From positions 34,372 through 98,371 of the forward strand of contig JAFUQQ010000014.1 in assembly GCA_017472285.1 (NCBI GenBank): a stretch of DNA of 64,000 bases. The letters run 5' to 3'. Positions 29,628 through 39,225 of this stretch are shown one piece after another. Made by a program: the position numbers and the translations under genes. Within the stretch, counting starts at the first letter, position 1, and each line of letters begins with the position of its first letter. Source of the stretch: Clostridia bacterium (GTDB lineage Bacteria; Bacillota; Clostridia; Oscillospirales; CAG-272). The notes beneath the pieces are model-generated. The model was given only the letters and a program-made list of their open reading frames with translations, was not told the DNA's origin and searched no databases.

Positions 29628-29643
29628 TTATAGGAGGCTTAAA

Positions 29644-30273
29644 ATGGCAAGATATACAGGTCCTGTATGCAGAATGTGCCGCAGAGAAGGCACAAAGCTT
29701 TACCTCAAAGGTGAACGTTGCTTGACAGACAAATGCCCCGTAGATCGCCGCGGTACAGTTCCCGGCCAGCACGGTGCAGCTCAGTCCAGAAAACAGAAAG
29801 AATACTGGATGCAGCTTCGTGAAAAGCAGAAAGCAAAAAGATACTACGGCGTTCTTGAAAAACAGTTCGCAACATATTTTGAAATCGCTGACAAGAAGGA
29901 AGGTCAGACCGGTGAAAATCTCCTCTGCCTCCTCGAAAGAAGATTTGACAACGTAGTTTACAGAATGGGTCTCGCAGAAAGCCGCAAGGAAGCAAGACAG
30001 CTCGTAACTCACGGTCACTTCACAATCAACGGTAAGAAGGCAAATATTCCTTCCATCATTATCAAACAGGGTGACGTTGTTGCTCTCGCAAGCTCCAGCC
30101 GTGACTCTGAAAAGTTCAAAGCGCTCCTCGAACTCATGGAAACCAAGACCGCTCCCAAGTGGCTCGAAGTTGACAAGACAAACGCTTCCGCAAAAGCAAT
30201 CGCTCTTCCCAGCAGAGAAGACGTTGACTTCCCGTTCGAAGAACACTTGATCGTCGAGTTGTACTCCAAATAA
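29644..30273 (+). CDS. rpsD: 30S ribosomal protein S4
   Basis: [26 protein letters not shown]. Confidence 0.98.
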   Translation: MARYTGPVCRMCRREGTKLYLKGERCLTDKCPVDRRGTVPGQHGAAQSRKQKEYWMQLREKQKAKRYYGVLEKQFATYFEIADKKEGQTGENLLCLLERRFDNVVYRMGLAESRKEARQLVTHGHFTINGKKANIPSIIIKQGDVVALASSSRDSEKFKALLELMETKTAPKWLEVDKTNASAKAIALPSREDVDFPFEEHLIVELYSK

Positions 30274-30397
30274 TAATTACCCCCAATGTTTCTCCCGACG
30301 CTTTCGTCTTCGAGCAATATTGGTTGGAGTACGACGGTGTCAGAAATCCAATGCAAAATTCATTTTGTATTTTCATAATAAAAGGAGGGTTAATTAG

Positions 30398-31396
30398 ATG
30401 ATAGAAAAACCGAATATCAAAGACGTTGTTGGAATACCCAGACCGAATATCACAGTCACCGAGTCCGGTGAGAATCAGAAAGACGGTACGTTCGTAATTG
30501 AACCTTTGGAAAGAGGTTACGGTGTAACTCTCGGTAACTCCCTGAGAAGAATCCTTCTCAGCTCGCTTCCCGGTGTTGCAGTCGTCAGCATCAAGATCTC
30601 CGGAGGAGACAAAGATGTGCTTCATGAATTTTCGACCATTCCCGGTGTGAAAGAGGATGTTTGTGAAATCGTATTGAACGTAAAAGGTATTACAGCAAAA
30701 CTTCACACGGAGTCCGCAAAAACCGTAACCATCGACGTAATCGGTCAGAAGGACGTTACTGCAGGCGATATCAATTGTGATTCCGATATCGAGATCCTGA
30801 ATCCCAAGCATCATATTGCTACCGTTTCCGACGGTGTGCGTTTCAGAATGGAACTTACATTTGACCACGGTCGCGGATACGTTTCCCAGGACAAAAATAA
30901 ACAGAAGTATTCGGCAGGACAAGGACAAGTCGGCGTAATTTATGTAGACTCTATATTCGCCCCTGTTTACAACGTAAGCTACAAGGTCGATCCTACCCGT
31001 GTAGGTAACGCTGTCGATTACGATAAGCTTACGGTCGATGTTAAAACAAACGGTACACTCTCCGCCAAAGAAGTTGTATCGCTTGGAGCCAAGATACTCA
31101 ACGAACATCTCAACCTCTTTGTGGAACTTACCGATGAAGCACAGAGTGTCGAGATCTTGAAAGAAAGAGAAGAAACCAAGAAAGAAAAAGTCCTTGAGAT
31201 GACCATTGAGGAGCTTGATCTGTCTGTAAGAAGCTTCAATTGCTTGAAGCGCGCAGGCATGGATACGGTTGAAGATCTGATCGGCAATACCGAAGCGGAT
31301 ATGATGAAAGTCAGAAACCTCGGTAAGAAATCTTTGGATGAGGTCATCAACAAACTCCACTCTCTCGGGCTCAGTCTGAAAAAAGAAGAAGACTGA
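30398..31396 (+). CDS. rpoA: DNA-directed RNA polymerase subunit alpha
   Basis: [28 protein letters not shown] and the C-terminal domain [22 protein letters not shown]. Confidence 0.97.
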   Translation: MIEKPNIKDVVGIPRPNITVTESGENQKDGTFVIEPLERGYGVTLGNSLRRILLSSLPGVAVVSIKISGGDKDVLHEFSTIPGVKEDVCEIVLNVKGITAKLHTESAKTVTIDVIGQKDVTAGDINCDSDIEILNPKHHIATVSDGVRFRMELTFDHGRGYVSQDKNKQKYSAGQGQVGVIYVDSIFAPVYNVSYKVDPTRVGNAVDYDKLTVDVKTNGTLSAKEVVSLGAKILNEHLNLFVELTDEAQSVEILKEREETKKEKVLEMTIEELDLSVRSFNCLKRAGMDTVEDLIGNTEADMMKVRNLGKKSLDEVINKLHSLGLSLKKEED

Positions 31397-31478
31397 TACC
31401 CTCTGTGGAGTGAACATCACAAACAGAGATATTTATCGGTGAATCCTTTATAAAAATAGGCAAAGGAGGAATAGTATA

Positions 31479-31820
31479 ATGCCCGGAACCAGAAAACTCG
31501 GCAGACCTACTGCCCACAGAAAAGCAATGCTCAGAGGCATGGTTACGTTGCTTTTGGAAAACGGCTCTATCGAAACGACCGTTACAAGAGCAAAGGAAGT
31601 AAAAGCTCTGGCAGATAAAATGATTACTCTCGGCAAGAAGAACACACTTGCTTCTCGCCGCGCAGCATACGCTTTCATTACGAAAGACGCAGTTGTTAAG
31701 AAACTTTTCGATGAAATCGCTCCTGCTTACGCAGAAAGAAACGGCGGTTACACAGCTGTTTATAAGACAGGTCCCCGTCGCGGTGACGCTGCTGAAATGG
31801 CAATCGTTAAGCTCGTTTAA
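31479..31820 (+). CDS. rplQ: 50S ribosomal protein L17
   Basis: [19 protein letters not shown]...G.IETT..RAKE. Confidence 0.97.
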   Translation: MPGTRKLGRPTAHRKAMLRGMVTLLLENGSIETTVTRAKEVKALADKMITLGKKNTLASRRAAYAFITKDAVVKKLFDEIAPAYAERNGGYTAVYKTGPRRGDAAEMAIVKLV

Positions 31821-31830
31821 TCATATGAAT

Positions 31831-31862
31831 AAAAAATCCGTCCTTTTGGACGGATTTTTTTA
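31831..31862 (+). terminator. intrinsic terminator ending the ribosomal superoperon
   Basis: AAAAAATCCGTCC-TTTT-GGACGGATTTTTTT. Confidence 0.85.
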
Positions 31863-32039
31863 TTACATAGAAATTTGTGCAAATTCGACTTCGCCGTTTT
31901 CTCAAAACAAAGAAAGCCCCCGAAGGAGCTTTCTTTGCGAATAATATATAGAGAGAGGTGAAAGATAGCAAATCTAAACTTTTATACAATCAGAAGTGTA
32001 TTGAAGTTGTTGGGGAAGGTTTGGGGCGGTTACCCGAAC

Positions 32040-33944
32040 TTAGCGCGGTCGTCCACTGCCACCGGGAGGCATCATACCGCCTCCTCCAAAGCCGCCCATG
32101 CCACCCGAACTGCCGTAAATATCGGAGGTCATATTGATTTCAGCGATCACCGTGCCGCCGCTCTTTGTCGTGTTCTCCGCAAAGCCGTTTTCATCCGCGC
32201 CATCGATCGATGCGCCCGAAACGAGTGTATAAGCCTTTCCGCTTTCAATACCCGGTGCTGTGATCACGACGGATTGGTATGCTTTTTCAGGCGTGAAAGA
32301 TGCAAGAACCTTTCCGCTTTCATCACAGATACAAAGTGTCTTTCCCGCGTTTTGCGTACCAACGGATGTCAGGATTGCGCCTTGATTTTGTGCGCTTGTA
32401 AAACCTGTTGCCATGCCTTGCGCGCCCGTTGCAATGAAGATACCGCCCGAAACACTTGCGGAGCTTTCATAGTCGAGCGCACCGTTGCCGCTGTTCGTAG
32501 GACCGGAAACAAGTGTAATTCCACCTGTGACGTTTAGCGTACCATTGGAGTCGATACCGTCACCGCTTGCATTGACGAGAAGATATCCACCCGAGATCAC
32601 GATACTGCCTGTACCGACCGAAAACATATTTTGTCCCGGTCTGCCGCCCATGGCGGAAGAATCGTTGCCGCCTGCCGCGTTGATTCCATCATCCGATGCG
32701 ACAAGCGCAATCTTGCCGCCGCTGATCGTGATATAGGTGGCTTCTATGCCTTCATAACTCTTTTGAATGTCAAATGTGCCACCCGCGATCGTGAGCGTAT
32801 TGTCTGCATGGATTCCGTCATCTCCAGAGGAGATTGTGAAATCACCGCCCGTAATGCTGATATCCCCATTGGAATGAATCGCATCGTCGGAAGAATCTAC
32901 TCTAAAATTGCCATCCGAAATGATGATGGATTGCGCCGCTTTCAAAGCTTTTGCGGATTCGGTATCTGTGGTTGAAGTCTGATAACCTCCTCCCATGCCG
33001 CCGAAACCACCCCAACCGCCCCAGCCTTGATTCCATGAACCATTGCTGTTTGTGGATGCGTTTTCGCTTCCTCCGCCGCTCTTTAGGTGGAACGTGCCTC
33101 CTTCGATATTCAAAACCGTTTCAGCTTGCAGAGCGTCATTTTCGGCTTCAATTTGAATGTTGCCGCTTTCGATATAAATAAATCCCCGTTCCGCATCCTC
33201 TGCGTTATCAGAACGGATTCCGTCGCTGCCCGCACTAATATCGATAGAAGCATCTTTGATCTTGACGGCATCTTTACCGTTCAAGCCAACGTTCTTTGCC
33301 GTGACCGTAAGCGTACCGCCCGTGATGACCAGATCATCTTTCGATACGATACCATGCTTATAATTGCCGTTTACAGTCAATTTTCCGCTTCCATTGACCG
33401 TCAGATCCTCTTTGCTGAAAAGTGCCGCGTCAAGCGTCGTATCGTCTTCCGTTAAGGTATAGGAATCCCCATCTGAAAGGCTGTTTTCTGTTCCGTCTGC
33501 AAGCGTGATGAATACCTTATCTGCGGATGCGATCAGCATCGCGGGACCGCCTCCGTTTTGAATAGAAACTCCTTCAAAAACGATCTGTATTTTATCTTCC
33601 TTGGATGCCCGTACCGTCAGCATCGTATCCGTTACGCTTCCGCGCAGAATATAAGTGCCGGCTTTCGTGATCGTGATCTCGCCGTCGGCTTCGCTGACAC
33701 CAAGCCCTTTGACAGTATTTCCGCTATCGGAAAGCGTAATGACCGTTGCGCCGTTTTCCGAATAATCGCTCTCCTCGTCACGTCCCGAAAAGGACATATC
33801 CATGTTTTCAAGCTCCTCGGAGGATATTGCCGAAGTGCCTGTACTGATATCCGTATCATTCGGTTTTTCCGCTCCTTTTCCGCATGAGGACAGCAAGAGT
33901 GCGGAAAGAAGCAATACGGTTAAAAATCTTTTTTTGTTCCTCAT
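32040..33944 (-). CDS. secreted lipoprotein with repetitive beta-helix (Cthe_2159-like carbohydrate-binding domain) and Gly/Trp-rich segments
   Basis: Lipobox LLLSSCG. There are many repeats of the G-x-I/L-x-I-x-G/S-x-DGI-x-S type (for example SAGSDGIRSDN, SSDDAIHSNG, SGDDGIHADN, ASDDGINAAG, ASGDGIDSNG). An internal GSWNQGWGGWGGFGGMGGGY segment lies at nt 32982-33041, and the C-terminal tail is GGMGGFGGGGMMPPGGSGRPR. Confidence 0.7.
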   Translation of the reverse strand: MRNKKRFLTVLLLSALLLSSCGKGAEKPNDTDISTGTSAISSEELENMDMSFSGRDEESDYSENGATVITLSDSGNTVKGLGVSEADGEITITKAGTYILRGSVTDTMLTVRASKEDKIQIVFEGVSIQNGGGPAMLIASADKVFITLADGTENSLSDGDSYTLTEDDTTLDAALFSKEDLTVNGSGKLTVNGNYKHGIVSKDDLVITGGTLTVTAKNVGLNGKDAVKIKDASIDISAGSDGIRSDNAEDAERGFIYIESGNIQIEAENDALQAETVLNIEGGTFHLKSGGGSENASTNSNGSWNQGWGGWGGFGGMGGGYQTSTTDTESAKALKAAQSIIISDGNFRVDSSDDAIHSNGDISITGGDFTISSGDDGIHADNTLTIAGGTFDIQKSYEGIEATYITISGGKIALVASDDGINAAGGNDSSAMGGRPGQNMFSVGTGSIVISGGYLLVNASGDGIDSNGTLNVTGGITLVSGPTNSGNGALDYESSASVSGGIFIATGAQGMATGFTSAQNQGAILTSVGTQNAGKTLCICDESGKVLASFTPEKAYQSVVITAPGIESGKAYTLVSGASIDGADENGFAENTTKSGGTVIAEINMTSDIYGSSGGMGGFGGGGMMPPGGSGRPR

Positions 33945-34609
33945 AATTCCTCGCTTTTCTCCGTCGGTTCACCAAGAGAGATCTCAAGATTACCGTTGCG
34001 GCAACGCAAAGCATCGATCATTTCTTTTGCCTGTGTTTCATTTTTTAATTCAATACGGTATAAAAGCTTATAGAGACTGCCCATATTGCTTGTTTTGACC
34101 GATACCAATTTGTGTTCATTGGTATATTCTGCGAAAATATCGTCAAAAGCATTCATGAAATGAAGCGATTCGGGAACGGTGATGCGAAGCTCTGCCGTGC
34201 GGTCGTGTGACGTGGGGAAACGCATCATCACGAGCATGACGGCGCAAACAAGGACCGTAAATATGAGCGAGATTGCAACGTATCCCGCCGCACAGGCAAG
34301 TCCTGCCGTCATCGCAAGAAAGATCGATGCGATATCTTTTGCTTTTCCCGGTACGGAACGGAATCGGACGAGTGAAAATGCGCCCATGACCGCAACACCT
34401 GTACCGATATTGCCGTTGACCATGATGATGACCGTTTCCACGATCACCGGTAAGAGCGTCAGACAAACGAGAAAGCTTTTGCTTGCGCGTGAACGGTATG
34501 AAGCCGTCAGTGCCGCCAGAATACCGCACGCAAGGGCTGTTGCCGTACAAAGCAGATACGTTCCGATATCAAACGTACCGCTCAGGACGGATGTGAAAAT
34601 TTCAGACAT
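33941..34609 (-). CDS. DUF4956-like integral membrane protein
   Basis: The N-terminal half has 4-5 hydrophobic helices and the C-terminal half is soluble. It overlaps both neighbours by 4 and 8 nt (translational coupling). It resembles the family that accompanies bacterial VTC-domain proteins. Confidence 0.6.
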   Translation of the reverse strand: MSEIFTSVLSGTFDIGTYLLCTATALACGILAALTASYRSRASKSFLVCLTLLPVIVETVIIMVNGNIGTGVAVMGAFSLVRFRSVPGKAKDIASIFLAMTAGLACAAGYVAISLIFTVLVCAVMLVMMRFPTSHDRTAELRITVPESLHFMNAFDDIFAEYTNEHKLVSVKTSNMGSLYKLLYRIELKNETQAKEMIDALRCRNGNLEISLGEPTEKSEEL

Positions 34610-35345
34610 AAAGAATCTCCTTTTCTTCTTGATGTTCTACGGGAACGGCTTTTTGCATATCGAGATAAGCCGTCGCGTATTTGGAAAAGGAAGTCGGAAA
34701 TATCTTCGTTTCATCCAATGCTTTTGTCAGCCATAACGGCATCGCACCGTCACTTTTGATCTCCAGAAGATGCAGATGATCCGCAAGAATCTTTTTTCCG
34801 TAGATCCCGTCTTCCAGCCGTATGTGATCCGTCCGATAACGGATATTGGTATCAAACGTCAGACGGAGAGCGGGATTTTCTTCGGAATAAAACGCTTCTC
34901 GGTCATAGGATAAATAAACAGCCGGAACGGGATGGCAATAGAGATGCATCGCATAGTCGATCTCACGCATGATCTGTGAATCAAAGGGTTTCGTTCCGTT
35001 TTTCAGATAAGCCATCGCTTCTCTGAGCGACATGGAAACACGTCTTTTATAAACGACACTCTTGAATTTCTTTTTGATTTCCAGAAAAACACGGCTCTTT
35101 GCATCGGGGATACCGTAACTCCGCAACCGCAATTTTTCTTTATAAACAGCCGATTCATTCTTTGCATCAATCGACCGTCGGATCAGCAGAAATGACGGCG
35201 TATCCAAATACAGATTGCAAACGGTACTTTTTCCGTGTGCATCGGGAGTCAGAGCTCCGCCGATCTTTTGCATCAGGGCAAGATATTGCGCTTCTGTCAG
35301 AAGATATTTTTTCTCTGTTCTTTTAAATATGCAGATGTCTTCCAT
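34602..35345 (-). CDS. VTC-domain (polyphosphate polymerase / triphosphate-tunnel) protein
   Basis: Start set at ATG 35345 behind RBS GGAAAGGAGG (ORF-track start 35432 rejected). The N-terminal strand FKRTEKKYLL has the R-x-E-x-K-Y shape of tunnel metalloenzymes. LRLRSY, FLEIKKK and LLEIK are basic beta-strand repeats typical of the fold. Confidence 0.65.
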   Translation of the reverse strand: MEDICIFKRTEKKYLLTEAQYLALMQKIGGALTPDAHGKSTVCNLYLDTPSFLLIRRSIDAKNESAVYKEKLRLRSYGIPDAKSRVFLEIKKKFKSVVYKRRVSMSLREAMAYLKNGTKPFDSQIMREIDYAMHLYCHPVPAVYLSYDREAFYSEENPALRLTFDTNIRYRTDHIRLEDGIYGKKILADHLHLLEIKSDGAMPLWLTKALDETKIFPTSFSKYATAYLDMQKAVPVEHQEEKEILYV

Positions 35346-35516
35346 CCAAAACCTCCTTTCCATATGTTCAAGTTCATTATAAATATCAAAACTTACGGAA
35401 TGCTGAAAAATTTCAAAAAAATTTTTCAGCATTTTTTAAGGATTTTTCGCTACAATTCTTGTATCCTCATTCAATTTCTATTATAATAAAAACAAAACGG
35501 AAAGGAGAATGATCTC

Positions 35517-36200
35517 ATGCGTATTCTGATCGCGGAGGATGAAAAGCGTCTTGCGAATGCACTCCGACAGATTTTGACGGAGAAAAAATATATGGTCGAC
35601 GTTGTTTTTGACGGAAAAGATGCATTGGCATATGTGAAAAGCGGGATCTATGATCTTGTGATTCTGGATATCATGCTTCCTTATATGAATGGTTTTGAAG
35701 TGATTTCCGCTATGCGAAAAGAAAATCTTTCCACACCCGTTCTGATGCTGACGGCGCGAGATTCTATATCCGATAAAGTCAAAGGGCTTGAAATGGGCGC
35801 GGATGATTATATGACCAAACCCTTTTCCACGGAAGAACTGCTCGCCCGTATCCGTGTCCTGACACGCAGACGAGGGGAAATGATTATGAATGAGATGCAT
35901 TTTCACGATATTGTTTTTTATTTAGACCGCGCGGAGCTTTCCTGTACCTCAACGTCAAAAAACATCAAGCTCAGTTTCAAGGAATCGGAAATGCTCAAGC
36001 TGTTTTTATCCCGTCCCGAATCCGTATTGACCAAAGAAGAATTGATCACAAAGATCTGGGGTTATGATTCCGATGCGAGTGATAATAACGTCGAAGCCTA
36101 TATTTCTTTCCTGCGAAAAAAACTTCATTTCGTCGGTTCAGAAGTACAGATCGTTTCCAAAAAGAAGATCGGTTATAAATTCGAGGCACCCCTATGCTGA
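35517..36200 (+). CDS. OmpR/PhoB-family response regulator
   Basis: Receiver domain: MRILIAEDE...DLVILDIMLP...LMLTA..S...KV.GLE.GADDY..KPF. The C-terminus is a winged helix. Confidence 0.9.
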   Translation: MRILIAEDEKRLANALRQILTEKKYMVDVVFDGKDALAYVKSGIYDLVILDIMLPYMNGFEVISAMRKENLSTPVLMLTARDSISDKVKGLEMGADDYMTKPFSTEELLARIRVLTRRRGEMIMNEMHFHDIVFYLDRAELSCTSTSKNIKLSFKESEMLKLFLSRPESVLTKEELITKIWGYDSDASDNNVEAYISFLRKKLHFVGSEVQIVSKKKIGYKFEAPLC

Positions 36201-37435
36201 AAAAACTGAAACTGAAATTTATTCTGACCAATATGCTGCTCGTCGGCATTGTCGTTCTCTTTATTTTTTCCGCCGTATGTGTGATGACGTACCGCTCGCA
36301 AACGGAAGAAATGGAGCGGGCTCTGGAAGATGCGGTCTTTTCACGTGGCAAAAATGATCTGCATTTTGGCGGTATACCGCTTCCGCCTTTTGAAGAAAAG
36401 AAAAAAGAAGAAGATTACCTTCTTCCCGCTGTATATACTTTTCCCGTACTCGTCGATTTTGATGGAAACTTGCTCGTCACTTATGATGGAGAATTAGAAA
36501 TGGATGAAGATTTTCTCATTGAATCCATCCGTTCCGCCGTGAGCGCCGAGGAAGATCGCGGTATCTTATCTTCCCAAAATCTGATGTATTTGCGTAAACC
36601 AACGACACTCGGTTATATGATCGCCTTTGCTTCCACAGAACACTTGCAAAATACGATGCGCAATACGGTCCTGATCTCTGCGGCGGCTTGTTTTGCCAGT
36701 CTACTCCTTTTTTTGCTGGTCAGCATCGGACTTTCGGAACTTGCCATCCGTCCCGCAAGGGAAGCATGGGAAAAACAAAAACGCTTCGTTGCAGATGCTT
36801 CTCACGACTTGAAAACGCCTCTGACCGTTATTCTTGCCAATCAGGATATCCTCCTTTCTCATGAAAGCGAAACGATCGCTTCTCAGAAACAATGGCTTGA
36901 AAGCACGGAAGAAGAAACGAAGCGGATGCGCGGACTTGTGGATAAACTCCTGATGCTTGCCAAATCCGAAGATATGAAAGAGCGTATGACCTTTCATGAG
37001 GTCAATGTCAGTGAGCTTTGTGAACAGGTCGCTTTGCAATTTGAAGCGGTCGCTTTTGAACGGGAGATCATGATCGAAAGTAAGATTGCGCAGAATATCA
37101 TCCGCAAGACCGATGCTGAAGCCTTTGAAAGACTTTTGCACATCTTGTTGGATAACGCGCTGAAATACAGTCCGCGCGGAGAATCGGTTCAGATCGTTCT
37201 CGAGCCTGTAAGACGTACTTTGATACTTTCTGTGCGTAACGGCGGAGAAGTGATACCCAAAGAAACATTATCACATCTTTTTGAACGCTTTTACCGTGCA
37301 GATCAGGCACGGACGGTCGGTGGTTTCGGACTCGGTCTTTCTATTGCGAAAAATCTCGCGGAAGGACTTCATGCCTCGATCTCCGTTTCAAGTGATGCGG
37401 AAAAGGGAACGGTCTTTACCGTTTGCTTCAAGTGA
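36194..37435 (+). CDS. sensor histidine kinase (two TM segments, HisKA + HATPase_c)
   Basis: H-box FVADASHDLKTPLT, N-box LLDNALKYS and G-boxes GGFGLGLSIAK. It overlaps the regulator gene by 7 nt. Confidence 0.9.
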   Translation: MLKKLKLKFILTNMLLVGIVVLFIFSAVCVMTYRSQTEEMERALEDAVFSRGKNDLHFGGIPLPPFEEKKKEEDYLLPAVYTFPVLVDFDGNLLVTYDGELEMDEDFLIESIRSAVSAEEDRGILSSQNLMYLRKPTTLGYMIAFASTEHLQNTMRNTVLISAAACFASLLLFLLVSIGLSELAIRPAREAWEKQKRFVADASHDLKTPLTVILANQDILLSHESETIASQKQWLESTEEETKRMRGLVDKLLMLAKSEDMKERMTFHEVNVSELCEQVALQFEAVAFEREIMIESKIAQNIIRKTDAEAFERLLHILLDNALKYSPRGESVQIVLEPVRRTLILSVRNGGEVIPKETLSHLFERFYRADQARTVGGFGLGLSIAKNLAEGLHASISVSSDAEKGTVFTVCFK

Positions 37436-37442
37436 AAAATAC

Positions 37443-37478
37443 AAGGACAGAGAATTTTTGAAATTCTCTGTCCTTTTG
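37443..37478. terminator. bidirectional terminator between convergent operons
   Basis: AAGGACAGAGAATTT / AAATTCTCTGTCCTT 15-bp stem with flanking A/T runs. Confidence 0.8.
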
Positions 37479-37491
37479 GCTGAATAAGCAA

Positions 37492-39186
37492 TCAATCGGC
37501 AACGAAAAATACTTTCAGGTCAACGTCGCAGGAGATCGTTTGTTCACTGCCATCCTCTTTGGTATAACTGAAAGAAACCTTTCCTGTGAAATCCGCAGAC
37601 CCATTTTCATAAAGACCGCGTCCGTAAAGTACATAACCTCGTTCTTTTTCTTCAAACGTATAAATGTCAATATCTGAAGTTTCCGAGGCATAGTATCCCA
37701 CGCCGAAAACCAATTCTTCACGGCTGAAACTCTCTCCGCCTGCAAGCGTCCAAGTGATATCTCTGTCAATATGATAACAACCGAAATCATCATAATTCAG
37801 ATAAACGTTCTCATCATATTTGATATCAAACGTAAATTCATGCGCACATTCGGGCGGGGCATATCTGTTGCCGATATTTTGGTGACAGTAATAGCTTGTC
37901 GTCTGAAAAACGGGATTCGGATAAGTATTATTGACACGGACTGTCGCATGAATCAATTCATTGTTTTTCAAATAGAATTTTTCACCCAGACTTTCGCTCG
38001 AATATCCCTCAATGGTAAATCCGATCTGAATACCGTCATCATTGGTTACTGCAAACGCTTTTTTCGTTTTGACTTCGTCTTCGGGGGCAGTAAAAACAGG
38101 ATACCGCTCCTCTTTATCAAAATCCACGTAAAAAATCTTTAAATCAGTAATCTCACAGACGATATCCTGTGAATCGATGATATCATAATCAGGATCCCAT
38201 GTCTTTCCATAGGAAAAAGAAACGTTCCCCGAAAATTTCAGAACGTCATCCCGATAAAGCTCACGGTCAAAAAGCCGATATCCCTGATTAATGTAATAAT
38301 CGGAAAGATAAATATCAACAGCTTCTTCATCGGTAACGTGCTCTCCGGCAATCAATTTCAGATCATTATATCCCAATGATTCCCCCGGAGCAATCTCTTG
38401 AAGTTTCATAGCCAATGTTCCCCAATACCAACTGTTATCGCAAGCAAGTGGTATATCGTTTTCCGTTCGGAAATCAGGACGGAATATGCGGTAAATATCG
38501 ACAGAGCTATGATTATAGAGTATACCATCCGAAAGGTTTGTCGCTTTTGCGGATGCACGGATACGTTCATTGCTTTTCAGATAAAATTCTTCGCCCAGAC
38601 TTTCACTCGCATAGCCGTAAAAAGTAAATTCCAGACGGATATCATCATTTTCCTTGAAAAAGGTCTTTGTCGTTTCGATCTCATCGTCAGGAGAAATGAA
38701 ACCAACGGGCGCGGGTGTGACCGGTGGATTTTCCGTGGATTCCGTCGTATCGGTCGTTTCGGCTGCTGTATCATGGATCTGATACGTTTCCGTATCCGTA
38801 AACGTGATAATGTCATCTTGACCATCGCCCAGAACGGTATATGTTACAGTACAACGATATGTACCTTTTTCTTCAACAGGATAAAAATATTCATTCTGAT
38901 ATGCATTGCCTTCCGCAATATACGATTGCTTTACAAAATCTTCCCAAAAGAAAAGAAAATTCTGTTTTTCGATTTTTACTTGAATGAATGCGCCTTGCGT
39001 ATCGTCATAACCCGTATAATCTACGGAAATTCGTGCCTTGCCATCGTCTGTGAAACCAAAACTCGTGACGGTATGCATCGTATGATTGTTGTAAATTTTC
39101 TGCCTGTTATCGCAAGCGGTCAATGCAAACAGCAGAGCAAAAAGCATAATAACGGATAAAATACGGGATAAAAGCATTTTTTTCAT
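37492..39186 (-). CDS. lipoprotein of unknown function (564 aa): shared N-domain plus internal tandem duplication
   Basis: Lipobox FALTAC. Residues 33-125 are about 65 percent identical by eye to the N-domain of the upstream 667-aa protein. Residues 163-355 and 364-564 are repeats of each other (EFTFYGYASESLGEEFYLKSNE versus GFTIEGYSSESLGEKFYLKNNE; FSGNVSFSYGK versus FTGKVSFSYTK). Confidence 0.75.
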   Translation of the reverse strand: MKKMLLSRILSVIMLFALLFALTACDNRQKIYNNHTMHTVTSFGFTDDGKARISVDYTGYDDTQGAFIQVKIEKQNFLFFWEDFVKQSYIAEGNAYQNEYFYPVEEKGTYRCTVTYTVLGDGQDDIITFTDTETYQIHDTAAETTDTTESTENPPVTPAPVGFISPDDEIETTKTFFKENDDIRLEFTFYGYASESLGEEFYLKSNERIRASAKATNLSDGILYNHSSVDIYRIFRPDFRTENDIPLACDNSWYWGTLAMKLQEIAPGESLGYNDLKLIAGEHVTDEEAVDIYLSDYYINQGYRLFDRELYRDDVLKFSGNVSFSYGKTWDPDYDIIDSQDIVCEITDLKIFYVDFDKEERYPVFTAPEDEVKTKKAFAVTNDDGIQIGFTIEGYSSESLGEKFYLKNNELIHATVRVNNTYPNPVFQTTSYYCHQNIGNRYAPPECAHEFTFDIKYDENVYLNYDDFGCYHIDRDITWTLAGGESFSREELVFGVGYYASETSDIDIYTFEEKERGYVLYGRGLYENGSADFTGKVSFSYTKEDGSEQTISCDVDLKVFFVAD

Positions 39187-39225
39187 GAAAAGAATCCTCC
39201 TTCTTAAAATTTTTCTTCAAATTAC

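Noticed and set aside
32001-32537. Plus-strand ORFs (32001-32537, 32485-32736, 32631-32975, 33087-33455, 33558-33887) opposite the beta-helix lipoprotein gene.
   Set aside because: These are fragmented antisense shadows of a repetitive gene. The minus-strand product has a lipobox and coherent repeat architecture.
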